64,000 bases of DNA from Azolla caroliniana (taxonomy: Eukaryota; Plantae; Polypodiophyta): NCBI GenBank assembly GCA_043228905.1, contig JBHGNT010000008.1:13330001-13394000 (forward strand). Direction: 5' to 3'. Position 1 is the stretch's first letter. The number at the start of each line of letters is the position of its first letter. Below are positions 11,834 through 24,503 of the stretch, one piece after another. Under the pieces are notes generated by a model. It worked only from the letters and a program-made list of their open reading frames with translations, ran no database searches and was not told the origin of the DNA. A program made the position numbers and the translations under genes.

Positions 11834-12274
11834 CCATATAATATCCCGTGGTGAGAATTTACCGTAGTATTCTATACACGTGGATAAGTGTGAGGGTTAA
11901 ACGAGAGTGTAAAGAAGGGGAGGATTACTTTTAATCCTCGGGATTGAGACAACCCATTAGGTAGAGTGTGAACTTGCCTGGGGGCCTTGGGTATCGCTAT
12001 AAATAAGAGGCCTAGCTACCCTCATTTGATCATCTTTTGACTACATTGAGACTCTGCTCGTGTGGTGGGTCAACTCTAGTAGCGAGCGCGCCAGCACTAG
12101 GTACGACTCGACGCCACGGCGGTGGTATGGGACGCCGATCGAGGCTGGAGTCCATCTCGATCCCTTCGCTCGGGGGTGGTCGGGTGGATTGGCACCCTTC
12201 TTTCTATTTCTCCTTTCTATCTATCATTTGTTTATTCTTATCTTAAGCTTACTTTAGTACTTAGATCTCTAATA
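11820..12274 (+). repeat. 3' LTR of chromovirus
   Basis: Direct repeat of 5263-5717, preceded by the PPT and followed by the TSD. Confidence 0.97.
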
Positions 12275-12660
12275 CGTAAGATATAACAATTAATTCAGAA
12301 CGGTAATCAATACGTGAAGATAAAACAAGAAGCTTTTATTATTCTCCGTTAAAGTTATACATTGTAACCGGGCCTTTATATAGGTCACCGGTGCTGCGTA
12401 CAAAACGGTGCCAACCGGCACCTGTTCGGAATTGGTCCGTATCCGGATCGGCATACCGATTCCGGTCCGTCCGTTCACTACATAATTATAATCTAATTTA
12501 CTTAATTAAATATATTCTGAATAACCATCCCTTTCACATTCTGGTCTCTGCTCCTTTGCCGGTCGGGTAACAACTGGCCCAACCGGCATCCGTATATCTG
12601 ACTACGCTTTCGGTTATACCGTGTCGGTATAATAGTCCCCGATCCTTAGTGTCGTTAACA

Positions 12661-15600
12661 TACCTCAGTATTCGGTGCACGCTCTAAAGGTGGTCCATGG
12701 TTGGCTACTGCATGAATTGAGTCATCGTTTTGACCGGATAGCTAATGTCGGGTTGGGTGATCGTTAAATAAATAAGGCTTCCGACAATATGTCGAAACCG
12801 TTTCTCATCGCAAGCCGGTTCAGAATCGGGAGGAACCTTTAGATTCCGGTCCAAGGGTGTGGAGACTAGTCGGCAATCCGTCATACCAAACTTGTACAAC
12901 ATATTCAGCACATAATGTCATTGAGATAACAATCTGCCATCGGGGGTATGGATCACTTCGATCGGGAGGAAGTAATGAAGGTCCCTCAGGTCCTTAATTT
13001 CGAAAGCGTCTAACAACTAGGACTTCACACGACCGATTTTAGTGAGGCTGGGTCCGGTGATGACTAGATCATCCATGTATAACAAGATACATAACAAAAC
13101 TTTCGGACCTTTCCGGATGAACATTGAAGAGTCTGACTTCAAGGCTGCAAACCCCATCTAACGCAACTGGTGCGTGATCTTCGAATTCCAAGCTCGGAGG
13201 GCTTGCTTGAAGTCGTAAATGACTTCTTGAGTCGGTAGAATGTCGACTTGTTCATCTCTAACTGAAAACCAGGGGGTTGGATAATGTAGACCTGTTCTTC
13301 AAAATTGCCTTGAAGAAATGCATTCTTCACATCCATTTGGTGAAGGTGCCATCCTCTTACCGCAACAACCGCTAGCACCACACGAATCGTCGTCATCTTC
13401 ACTACCGGAGCGAAGGTTTCTTCATAGTCAATTCCATGGGTCTGTACATATCTTTTGGCCACTAACTAGGCCTTGTACCGGTTGACTGAACTGTCAGCAT
13501 TGTATTTCACCTTGAACACCCATTTGCAATCGATTGGTTTGCAATGTCGGGGAGGGTCAACCAGGTCCCATGTGTCGTTGGCATCGAGTGCCCGCATCTC
13601 TTCCTCCATAGCGGCTCACCATTGCGCGTCGTTTGCCGCTTCTGTGTAGCTCTCTGGCTCATGCACTTCCATCCCTTCTGTCATGTACACATAGTGATGT
13701 GGCGTGTACACATTGTACCCATATCGTTTTATGGGGTTCTTCTAGTGGGAGGATCGGTGCAACATCTCGTTTGCCGATATCAGGGCCCTCTTGGCCGGCT
13801 CGGACTTCGTTCTCGAAGGTCCGTCTTCATTCTTTCCGGAGTCCGATTTGCTTCTATCTTATTGATCTCTACCGGTGTCGTATTCCGACATCTTCTTCCT
13901 CAGTTTCTTACACGTAAACCGTCTCCTCGGTTTCCTTGTGCGTGAACCGTCTCCTCGGTTTCTTAGACAGGGAGAGCACGACCGAGTCTTCACTGCTCAT
14001 CGGCTCATCATCTTGTTGGTCCTTCTGACTCAAATCTTCATATGGCCCGCTCATCTAAAATGAGATCGGACTCTTATGTAGAGTACCAAATCCTTCCTCA
14101 TCTTTTGCCCGGATCATTTCAAGATCATTGGCCTCATCCTCCAGAACTAGGTTGGAGTCGGGAGTTGGAGTCGGTAGAGAGTACCATGATGCTGACTCAT
14201 CAAATTCGACATCTCCGCTCACTTGAACTTGTTTTGTTCAAGTGTAATAACAGTTATAACCCTTTTGCTCATGTGAGTAGCCGACAAGGATAGATTTCTC
14301 CAACTTCAGATCGAGCTTTCTCCGCTTCTAATCTGGCACATGCACATAGGCAATGTTATCAAATACCCTGAGGTGTTGTAAGTTTGGCTTCCGTCCGAAA
14401 TATACTTCATGTGCTGACACCTTTCTCCCTGATCTGGTTTTTGATGTAGATGACTGTCCAAACTGCTTCGTCCTAGTAGAACTTGGGCATGCTTTTCTCC
14501 TCAAGCATCGCCCGTGCTGCCTCGACGATCAACCGATTCTTCCTTTCGGCCACACCGTTTTATTCTAGTGTGTATCTACAGCTGAATTCTCTCTGAATTC
14601 CCTTCAACTGCAAATAACTATTGAATTGGTTGTAAAAATATTCTTTTCCGCCATTCGACCGCAGACACTTGATCTTTCTTTCCGTTTCTTATTCAACTAA
14701 TCTTTATAGATTCCGGGAACATTCGAAAACTTCACTTTTCCTCTCGATTAGATAGATCCACGTGTGTCGTTGATGAAGGAGACGAAATATCGGCTCCCAC
14801 CAAGACTAACGTTCTTTTCCGGTCCCCATACATCCGAATGTATCAAGTCGATCTTGTTGTGGCTCTGGTTTCTTTCAGTGGGGAATGGAAGCTGATGTTG
14901 CTTCCTAAGTTGGCAGAATTCACAAATTTGGGCCTTCCGGCCACTAAATTTTGGCAGTCCGAACACAATCTGTTTTGTCTGCAGGTCTTGAAGCCTCTGA
15001 TGGTTGACGTGGCCAATCCTCTTATGCCACAAGTCGATATCTAATTCGACTTTCTGTCCTCTTGTGAACAAGGCGGTGCCTCACGCCCTTGCGCGATGAC
15101 CCAGCCCTCTTCCTCAATAAAGCACCCGAGATGCGTAAATCGCACCTACTTCACCTGGTCGACGATCTATCCGACCGACACGAGGTCCTTTGTGATTGTC
15201 GGGAGATGAAGCATGTTCATAAGCTTCCTTTTTTGTTTGACATAACTCGAGGGGACTTCTCTGACATGCACGATCGGGTGAGGAGTGTCGTCTCCGGTTT
15301 CAAAAACTCCCAGTTGCTCCAGTTTTTCTAGATACGAGAACTACTCTTCATGCCTTGTCATGTGGTTTGATGCTCTAGAGTCAAAGTACCACACTTCCTC
15401 TGATCCAAAAGTAGTCTTTTTCATCGATTTTGCCATGTCTTTCATCATAAAGGTTGGCCCTTTTCCGGTCCTGGATCCTTCAGCGTAGTGCGAGCTTTGC
15501 TGGTTCCCTTGTCCAATCTTGTCGGATCCAGATTTATCCAAATCAGCACACTTCTTCCCGCACTAGCTCTCCTGGTTGCCCTTCTTGCCACAATACCAGC

Positions 15601-16476
15601 ATTCCATGTCGGCCTTCCCTTGCTGGTTTCCGGTGCCGATTTGACTCCCCATGCTTGTGGAGGATCCGGAACTGTTGCCGACACTATCTCTGTGCCTCCG
15701 GTTCTGCTCATGCCGATTGCCGCTATTACGTGTCGACCCACTTCGTCCTCCATGCCAACAGGGCCAATCCGCCTCCATGTACAACATCGATTGTCAAATT
15801 GAGTGGTTCTCAATCCACTTGTGTGGTTTTCTTCGACCATTAGCATTGATTGCAGGTCAAAGAAGGACAATGGCTTCTCTCGGTTGCAAATCGTCGTCCG
15901 GATTGGCCCATACCATTGTGCTAGACAACAGAGGCAGATCTGGACCATCTCGTCTTCATCCACCATCACGTTAATGAACCCGAGCGTGTCACAGATCTCC
16001 TGGATCTTCGTGTAGTTGGTGACCGACATGTCCCGTTGTCGAATATTGTTGAGCTCTTACCAGAGCTGCAACTTCCGAACCGTGGTACTTGCAGCGAAAA
16101 TCTTTCAGAAATTTTCCCATCCTTCCTTTGCTGACTTTGTGTCTCTGATGTAGCCGAACATTTCATCGTGCACACTGGACGCAAGGCAGTACAACACTCT
16201 AGTTGCTCCCTTCTCCCATACCAAAAAATCCTCGTGTGCCGAATCCAACATTGCTTCATTTGCTCCTTCTACGTAGCTCCAGTATCCATGCCCTAGCAGG
16301 TACTGGTGCATTTTATACGACCAGGATGCATAGTTTCTCCGATCAAGCTTTTCTGTAGGAAGCGAGCTTGCCATGCTTCTGTACATATCTTTCCTGTTCT
16401 TTACCGGTGATTAGGGTTTGTCCTTTTTGAGCAGTTGTCGATAGCAGAGGTTCTCAACCCTCGCACTCTAATACCA
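12661..16476 (-). mobile_element. Ty1/copia internal region, copy A (gag, PR, IN, RT; decayed)
   Basis: Gag EKLDRRNYASW; knuckle CWYCGKKG; WYFDSRASNHMT; LWHKRIGH; IHSDVWGP; GIDYEETFAPV; HQMDVKNAFL; PBS TGGTATTAGAG 16466-16476. Confidence 0.95.
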
Positions 16477-16956
16477 TGTAAAGATTAATATGCGGAAACT
16501 TGTGGATGAAACCGGCTTACCTCGATAGCAACAGAAAACAGAAACAAGGTTTAATGGAAGCTTGAATACACAGGAGAGAGAGAGAGAGAGAGAGCAGAAC
16601 AGAAAAACTTAATTTAAAAAATAATAACTCTTTGTAGTATGTACCTACAAATGTCCTACAAAACACTTTTTGTACAACCCCTTCAAACGACTGACAGAAG
16701 TACTGACATGTACTGCAATGCTCATACGAGCGACTAACACTAACTCCAAGTAATATGCCTACGTACTAAGCTTGGACTACAGGCTCCAACGGCCTAATGA
16801 TTCTCACTATTCCGGAGTACGATCCGGTTCTCCGGTCCGACTCTAGGTTCCGAATACCGATCTATCCGGACATCGATATCGTTCTCTACTCCGAATACCA
16901 ATCCGGCTCTGGCTTCTTCAGCCAATCCGGATCTGGTTGAGCTTTCCCGCTCGACA
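16477..16956 (-). repeat. Copia LTR shared between copy A (PBS side) and copy A' (PPT side)
   Basis: TG...CA termini; PBS immediately on one side and PPT (GAAGGGGGAG on minus) on the other. Confidence 0.85.
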
Positions 16957-18299
16957 CTCCCCCTTCAGCTCAACTTGAGGTCGTATCGCAATGTCTGTCC
17001 GCGGGCCCTTTCATCCATCTCCTCCTGGCATCTTGTCGGTTGGCTCGCGCTCCTCGTCTAGTCTGGTTCCTCTTCCCAAACCCTTCACGACATCGGACCA
17101 CGTTTGTGTCTTGGTCTTGTTGGCCTTGTTGGCTTTACCTTCCCCTTTTTCAGTTGTCTTTGACTTTGGCTTCCCTTTGTGGTCACTCCCCCAACGTTTG
17201 GCAAGTCTCCACTTGTCCATTCTATCTGCACATGTCCATCCATCCTCGACTTCTTCATCCGACTCGAACATTCTGACTTCAATAGTCGGTCCGAAATCGA
17301 AACCGTCATCCACTTTGGCTTTTCGGATATCATCATTTCTCTCCTCATTTCCCGCTTCACCTCTCCCCCTCAAGTTTGGCATATCTAGGTGTTGCATACC
17401 AAGCAGGCCCGAAAATTGTTGCAACTTGTCAAGGCCAAGAGGTTTCGTGAAGATGTCAGCAGGCTGCTGATCTGTTAGAACATACACTAGTTCGACTTCA
17501 CTGGAGAAGACTCGCTCTCGGACAAAATGGTAATGCACCTCAATGTGCTTTGTTTGAGCGTAGAGGGCGGGGTTCTTCGCCAGCTCTATGCTGATGAGGT
17601 TGTCGCAGTAGATCGTCATTAGATTAGATCATCATCACATTCCTATCTAGAGCAGTTGAGATGGACTTGCATTCCGTCATACTGAATTTGAAGAGCATAC
17701 TCAACACATAGTGGTGGTGACTGATCGGTATGCCTTCCGGGGTGCGGATCACTTCGATCCCAAGGAAGTAATGAAGGTCCCTGGGATCCTTCATTTTGAA
17801 CGATGCCACAAGGTCGGACTTGACGTGTTCGGCACCAGCAATGACTAAAACATCAACATAAAGCAAAATGCTTACCAACCCGTGCCAATCTTGCTGAATC
17901 AACAGTGAAGAGTTTGATTTCGGCACGACAAACCCCATCTGACGCAGTCACTGCGTGATCTTCGTGTTCCAGGCACATGTCGCTTGCTTTAGTTTGTAAA
18001 AGGACTTCTTCAATCAACAAATAGCTAACATGTTAATTCCGGACTAAAACCCAAGGGGCTGGACAATATACACATGTTCCTCAAGGTCGCCTTGCAAGAA
18101 CGCATTTTTCACATGCGTCTGATGTAGATGTCACCCCTTCGTCGCTGCCACCGCAAGCAAGACATAGACAGTCATCATCTTCGCGATTGGCATGAAGGTC
18201 TCATCATAATCGATTCCGCGTTGTTGTGCGTAGTCTTTTGCCACTAGTTGGGCCTTGTATCAATTGACAGAGCCATCGACATTGTATTTTACCTTATAC
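16957..18299 (-). mobile_element. Ty1/copia 3' internal region, copy A' (RT, deleted RT/RNase H junction, RNase H end plus extension)
   Basis: DLHYFLGIEV; IYCDN...TKHIEVHYHFVRE...QPADIFTKPL; ORF continues about 118 aa past NLRG. Confidence 0.92.
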
Positions 18300-18405
18300 T
18301 ATTGAGAAGCAAGCTCAACAAAGGTATGTGATGCTTATTGATAAATAAGCTATGTAGCTATTAGCTAATTAGCTACTAGTGGACATAAAGGTGAAACAAC
18401 TATTA

Positions 18406-20657
18406 AAGGATGTGAGGAAAGAATGAAGAATGAAGAATTGGATAGTGGTAGATGTCGGAAGTTCGTCCGGGATCACATAGAACATTGTGATAAAGTGCTT
18501 TCAAGACTAGAGGAGGTACACCTAACGCTTTCGGCTCCAAAATCAATATTCGGGGTTCAAGAAGTACTAGTGGTAGGACATATGTGTGGGCCATATGGAA
18601 GAAAGCCAGCACCAACGAAGATCAGTTGACGCAATACAGAATATGAAAGAGGAATGCAACTTTGTATCTGAAGTTCAGAGGTTCTTGGGTGCATGTGTCT
18701 TCTATTGCAAGTGGATTCCACATTATGCCCACATATCAGATCCATTGTATCAACTATTAAGAAAAGGGGAAGCATTCGAGTGGATAAAAGAACACTCAAA
18801 TGCAATTAGACGACTAAAGGAGAATATGGCAAAAGCTCCTACTTTGAAACAACCTTACTACACCCAATCGATAATCCTCACAATTGATTCAAGTCCAATT
18901 GGAATCGGGTGGGTGATAAGCCAACAAGATAAGGAAGGAGAAAGACATCTGATTTGATTTGGTGCGAAGGTACTTGGTGGACGTCAACGAAAGTATGCAC
19001 AAGTGAAGGGAGAGCTTTGGGGGATAGTCGTCGCTATCAAGACGGATTGGGACTATCTGGATGGTGCAGAGGTGATTGTGGAGACAGATTGCTTGCCAGT
19101 TCTTGGGATTATTGCAAATTGCAATATTCCAGACCAAGCAATGCTTAGGTGGTGTGTCTACATCAAAACCATCAACCCAGAAGTTCGACATATATCTGGT
19201 GAGAAGAACGCAATGGTTGATATGTTGTCTAGAGCGAAATACGAAAATGAGGAAGTGGCAGAATCAGATAGCAACGAAGAAGAATCAACTTTACCCATAA
19301 ATGCAATTAGAGGGGGTGAGATACATGAAGAACATGAGTTTAAAGAAGAAGAATATAACGAAGAGTTTAAGGAAATCGAGAAGTATCTACAAGCACCATG
19401 GAAGGAAGGAACTTGGAGTGAGAGAAACTTCTCAAATTTCTGAAAGAAGGCACACCGATTTTTCTTGCATCAAGGTTACCTTTGGAGGCACCCAAAGTGT
19501 AAAATGGGAAATCCACAACGGGTTATCTGTGGCCAAGTGCAGCAAGAGTAGATATTAAAGGAATTACATGACAAGGAGTGGGCCAGACACCGTGGAGTCT
19601 GGGCAACATTTAGTAAAATAAAGGAAAGATACTCGTGGCCAGGATTCTACAACGAAATCAAGAGGTATGTCGAGACATGCCCAACCTGTCAAATCTACTT
19701 GCCGGCTATACATTACAAGTGGATGGTAGATATAGTGGCAATGCCAATGGGGGTAGGTCAAAAGAAGTTCTTGGTACTTGCTAGAGAAGACCTTACAAAT
19801 CAAGTTAAAGGAAGAGCAATAAGATCGAAGACCATGTCAATAGTATGTCAATTCATATTAGAGGATATAGTATGTAGATATGGGTGTATAGGAAAGATAG
19901 TGGCTGATAGAGGTGAGCTCAATTCTGATGAAGCAAGGGAGTTCTTTGATAGAATTGGAATTCGGTTCTCATTGACAACAACATATAATTCTGAGGTAAA
20001 TGGGAAGATAGAAAGAGGTCATAGCCCGATAGTTAAAGCACTTGCAAAGGCATGCAAAGGTAAAGTAGGTAATTGGCCAAAGGTCTTGCCATATGCATTG
20101 TGGGCGGATAGGAGCACACACAGTTCGGTGACTGGATATATATGTCAATAGAGCTCATGACAGGACAAAGGATGATGATGCCGATTGAAGAGAAGATTGT
20201 TACATGGGCAATGCTACCATGGGAGTCGGAGATGAGTAGAGAAGACTTGCTAGTTGTTCGTATCCGACAACTACAATGTCAAGCAGAAGATGTAGAAAAG
20301 GCTGCCGAGAAATTGAAGGAAGCTCGGATAAAGAACAAAGCAAGATTTGACAAAGTAAACAGATTACGACCACGAAAGGTTCCAGAAGGAGATTGGGTGT
20401 TGGTATTGGATAGTGGCCTCAAGAACCAGTACAGTACAATGAGGAAGTTCGCAAAACGGTGGTTTTGGCCTTACGAAGTACGGAAGGTAACTAATAAGGC
20501 TACCTACTACTTGAACGAGTTGGATGGGACTGAGGTACTGACGCCGATTGCGGGAAAAAGAATAAAGATTTTTAAAAGAAGAGAAGACACCGAACCTAAT
20601 CTCATAGAAAATGAGGATGAAGAATTTTTCAAAGAGGATCAAAATGAAGTGGTGTGA
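18406..20657 (+). pseudogene. Ty3/gypsy pol fragment (RT end, RNase H, integrase), probably the same lineage as 1-3264
   Basis: VQRFLGAC; IDSSPIGIGW; VETDCLP; KWMVDIVAMP; IVADRGEL; NGKIERGH; KRWFWPY (GPY-like); multiple stops and frameshifts. Confidence 0.93.
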
Positions 20658-20700
20658 ATCGGAGTTTAGGAGCCCAAGATACAAGCTTCGGAAGGATTAA

Positions 20701-21168
20701 TGTTACTCGGGACACAAATGTAATTATGTCAAAAAGGGGAGAAGGAGAAAAGAAAAGAGGAATAGGAGGAAGAAAAAGCGAGTGAAGAAGCTCGCGTGGG
20801 GGTGGGATGCAAAGTTCACCAAAGAAAATGGTGGCTTGCATAAACAAAAGACAAAAGTTAATACAGAAAAGCTTTATATAAGGAAAGGAAGAAGTTAAAG
20901 TGGTGTGTCACAAACGTGTCTTCTCAAATAAAGGGTTGTGACTTCGAATCCTCCAAAAACAACTTCGTTTGGTAAACAAATTTTGTAATATAAATTTGGT
21001 ATATATAAAGCGAAAGAGAATAAAGTAAATAGGAATCAAAGAAGTTGAAGTGTTCTATCTCAAAACATTTCTTCTCAAACAGAGGTCGTGAGTTCAAGTC
21101 TTGCCAAGTAACTTTTGGCAAATAGATATTGTAAGTGGTATTTTACAAATAAAATTCTTTTCGCAACA
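20701..21168 (+). repeat. Probable 3' LTR of the gypsy fragment
   Basis: PPT-like GGAAGGA then TGTT...AACA termini; TATATAA at 20875. Confidence 0.55.
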
Positions 21169-22424
21169 ACGTCGCATCTATCTTGATTTCTCAGCTTCTT
21201 GTCATCTCACCATCTCCGATTACGCCTTGTCATCTCGATCATCCCCGAGTCACAGAACCCTGGCGGTTGCGACACAACCACAATCTTTACGACAACGCTC
21301 TATCGTCAACTAGTCGGAAACCTCATCTACCTCACAATTACCCGACCCAACCTGAGTTACCCGGTCGATCTCCTTAGCCAGTTTATGCAAACTCCGTGAG
21401 ACATCCATCTCAATTGTGCTAAGCGAGTGCTAAGGTATGTGAGTGGAACCATGGGGTTTGGCATCTTCTACAAATCGGCCACACCAATACGATTCGAAGG
21501 TTATACCGATGCCAACTAGGCCGGCCACAGAGCCGACCAACGATTGACATTCGGGTTGGTTTTCTCCCTCGGCAGCAGTGCCATATCGTGGAGTAGTAGG
21601 AAACAGCCAACAATCGCATTGTCGAGCACCGAATCTGAATACATGGGCACGGTCGTTGCCACATGTGAAGTCGTTTGGTTCAAGAGAATCTTGAAGGATC
21701 AGGGTTTTCCCATCAAGGATCCGATCCTCGTCTACTGCAACAAAATGAGCAGTATTCACCTCGCTCGGAACCCAATCCTCCATGCTCAGACTAAGCACAT
21801 TGAGGTGCACTAATATTTCATCGAAGAATGTGTCTTGGCTGGAGTTGTCGACCTACAACACATCGGCACAAACCTTCAAACAATTGACATCTTCAACAAC
21901 GCCCTAGGAGTCGACAAGTTGCGGTAGTTCACGACGAACCTAGGTCTTTCGACCGTTGACTAGTCGAGCTTGAGGTGGAGCAAGGAGAGCAGGAGTCCCA
22001 AAGACCAGGCTGAACCAACCATCCAACGATCAGATGTTGGTTAAGCCGAAGCCAATTCAGCCGAACAGCCGAATTGAAGAATCTCGAAGATCGAACCGAA
22101 CCAGCTTTTCGGCATCCGAAAGTTGCGTTTGAAGGGGCGTGTTGAGAATCAAACTCAACTTTTCGTGAGTGAGAACACGCTCTAGGATACTCAAGTGTGT
22201 GAACACCCCAGCTCCTTGTATAGTAACTAGTGTGTCATAGAAGTTAATGTCCTATGACACATATTCTTTAAGTAGTTAAGACACGGCCTCTTTCCCAAAA
22301 GGCAATGCTAGTGAGAGAACTTAGAGAGAAGGTGAGTACATAAGCACCTTCTCCTTGTCTTTGTAATGTTGTTGGTTATTCTTGTTTTCCTTGTAATACA
22401 GTTTTTGTTTTTTTGTAATCTCGA

Positions 22425-22494
<70 letters not shown>

Positions 22495-22531
22495 CACACA
22501 CACACAGTTCTTCCGCTACACAGAATTATCA
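21169..22531 (+). mobile_element. Ty1/copia copy B (RT end, RNase H, 3' LTR 22140-22531)
   Basis: YRQLVGNLIYLTITRP; ISWSSRKQPTIALSSTESEY; TKHIEVH; PPT GAAGGGG then TGTTGAG; (CT)n inside the LTR. Confidence 0.9.
22427..22491. repeat. (CT)n microsatellite within copia LTR
   Basis: About 32 uninterrupted CT units. Confidence 0.95.
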
Positions 22532-23064
22532 CTGATTCTTTACATGAAGTTTGTATTGTTTTAATATGTTTTTTTATTGATGAATTTCTTCATTTTGATT
22601 ATTTTTTATATGCATGTCATTTCCATACCAAAATGATGAAGAAGAGTGACAAGAACATAATAAAAGTAGGGCAAGAATGACAAGAGAGAGATCTTCATAG
22701 GTCAAATATGACCTGTGAGATAATAAAAAATATAACATTTTGACATAGTATATATGAAAGTGACTAACGACTCTTGGCATTCAAGAACTTTACGTATGAC
22801 TGTCAAATTCGAGAGTGCACATTGCAATTGTAGAGAAATTCATATAAGGATTGGGTTTGGTCCAAGATGTGTGGAAAGCATAGTCGAATGGTGTAAAAGG
22901 CAAAACATGTTTAAGACAAAGTGTGCACATTCCACAACTACTCTCACCATTTGTGCCCCAACTCACATCGTAGTGGATGTGAGCTAAGTCACATGGAAGT
23001 AGTTAGTACAATGACAAACAACAAGACGAGCTTTAACATACATTGATGTGTGCAATTTTCCTAT

Positions 23065-23850
23065 TCAGTGAAAAATATGGTTTCTAGTTAGGTGCAACAT
23101 ATGTAGTATTAATGTGTGAAACATGACCCTCCACATTTTTCCCATGGAGGTATGGTTCTTTTGAAGTAGTATGATGAGGGGTTGATGATATTTCTCAACT
23201 TGGACTGGCATCCCATGGAGGTATGGGTGTAGCTTTTGGAATGACAATACCACTGCCCATAGTTCTGTTTCAATCACCGAGTAGTTTTACTCGGCTGCTA
23301 TTATGACATGATTGATAATGGAGATGGGTTGCCAATGCCCCTCATCATCTCGCTATAAAAGGATGGCCCTCAAGCTGCATTAGAAGCATCAGTTTGGAGC
23401 ATAAAGGGACGCCCAAAGTATGGGAAGGCGAGGGTGGCTGTGCTTTGGATAAGTTCCTTTACCTTTTGGAATTTTTGTTGACATACTTCAATCCAGTCAT
23501 TTTTAGTGCCGTTCTTCAAGAGTTATCGTGCCCCATTTACATTTCTTGGGTTGAAGTTGGAGGTTATAGTCTTGGATGCATTGTAAGACTTGACAAAGCA
23601 CCTAGAGGTGGTGGCACCTGTATGAGAATATCATCCAAGTAGAATATGACAACCCCTTCTTGGATGAAATCTTGAAATGTTGCATTGGCCATGCGCCAGA
23701 AGGTCCTACCCGCATTGGAAAGACCCAAGGGCATCCTTTGAAACTCTAACAACCCATGTTGGGTTCGAAATGTCATCTTATGTTTGTCATCAAGGTGTAG
23801 TGAGCCATTGGAGAGGTGTGTTCCTACTACAAAGATATGAAGTGCATGAT
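23065..23850 (-). pseudogene. Highly decayed Ty3/gypsy RT-RNase H fragment
   Basis: TFRTQHGLLEFQRMPLGLSNA...FYLDDILI; ETELWAVV. Confidence 0.85.
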
Positions 23851-24503
23851 GGATTGATTAGTATGTGTGACTCGGAGGAAGAGGTTCTTCATGGCTTGAA
23901 ATATTTGTTCCATTTGAGGAGAGGGGCGGGAGTTCGTTCTAGCGAGCATCCATGGGGTCGGTGAGCATTGTAGAGTGCTCATGAGCAAACATGATGTACG
24001 ACTGGGTTGAGGTTGAGGGGTTGGCTTAAGTGTGGGAGAAGAACCCGTTGTCTAACATTTGGCGCCTTGCATGGTTATTCCACAACATTAATAGTTTGTT
24101 GTCCTAGTTATTCCTACACATTTAGTGGATCATTATTATGGCCAATGGTTGGCTGATAATTTTCTGCATTTGCAAGTACATTTACAGTAAGTATTTCTAT
24201 TGTATAACATGCACATTTTGTTATCCAAAAGATATTTCTTCTAAAAAATACAACACCATGAAAGTTCTCAATCTTTATGAATTGTTTATCCATGTGATTT
24301 TCTTGTAAGATAATTCCATCATTGCATACTATTTTCTTTTTCAGAGGATCCCAAAATCTATACCCTGTTTCGCCCTCATCACCATATGCTAGGAAAACGC
24401 ATTTACATGATTGGGCTCAAGGTTTTTGAGTTCTTTACAAATGTGCGCAAAAAACCTTGCAACCAAACACTTCCAAGTGAGTATATGAAGGTGGCTTGAG
24501 GAA

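Larger units (their letters stand above)
5263..12274 (+). mobile_element. Full-length Ty3/gypsy chromovirus
   Basis: LTRs 5263-5717 and 11820-12274 (455 bp, about 15 mismatches by eye); TSD CGTAA at 5258-5262 and 12275-12279; PBS TGGTATCAGA (tRNA-iMet) 5720-5729; PPT AAAGAGGGGGAG 11806-11817. Confidence 0.98.
5177..12660 (-). mobile_element. LTR of the second element, split by the chromovirus (pieces 5177-5262 and 12280-12660)
   Basis: Rejoined at the TSD it gives a TGTTA...TAACA-bounded unit of about 470 bp with minus-strand CTATATAAAG at about 12374-12383; its right end interrupts copia RT. Confidence 0.65.

Noticed and set aside
16991-17470. Antisense Ser/Leu/Pro-rich ORFs here and at 47283-47876 and 53657-53968 as env-like genes
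   Set aside because: They mirror the purine-rich sense extension; the conserved motif is on the pol strand.
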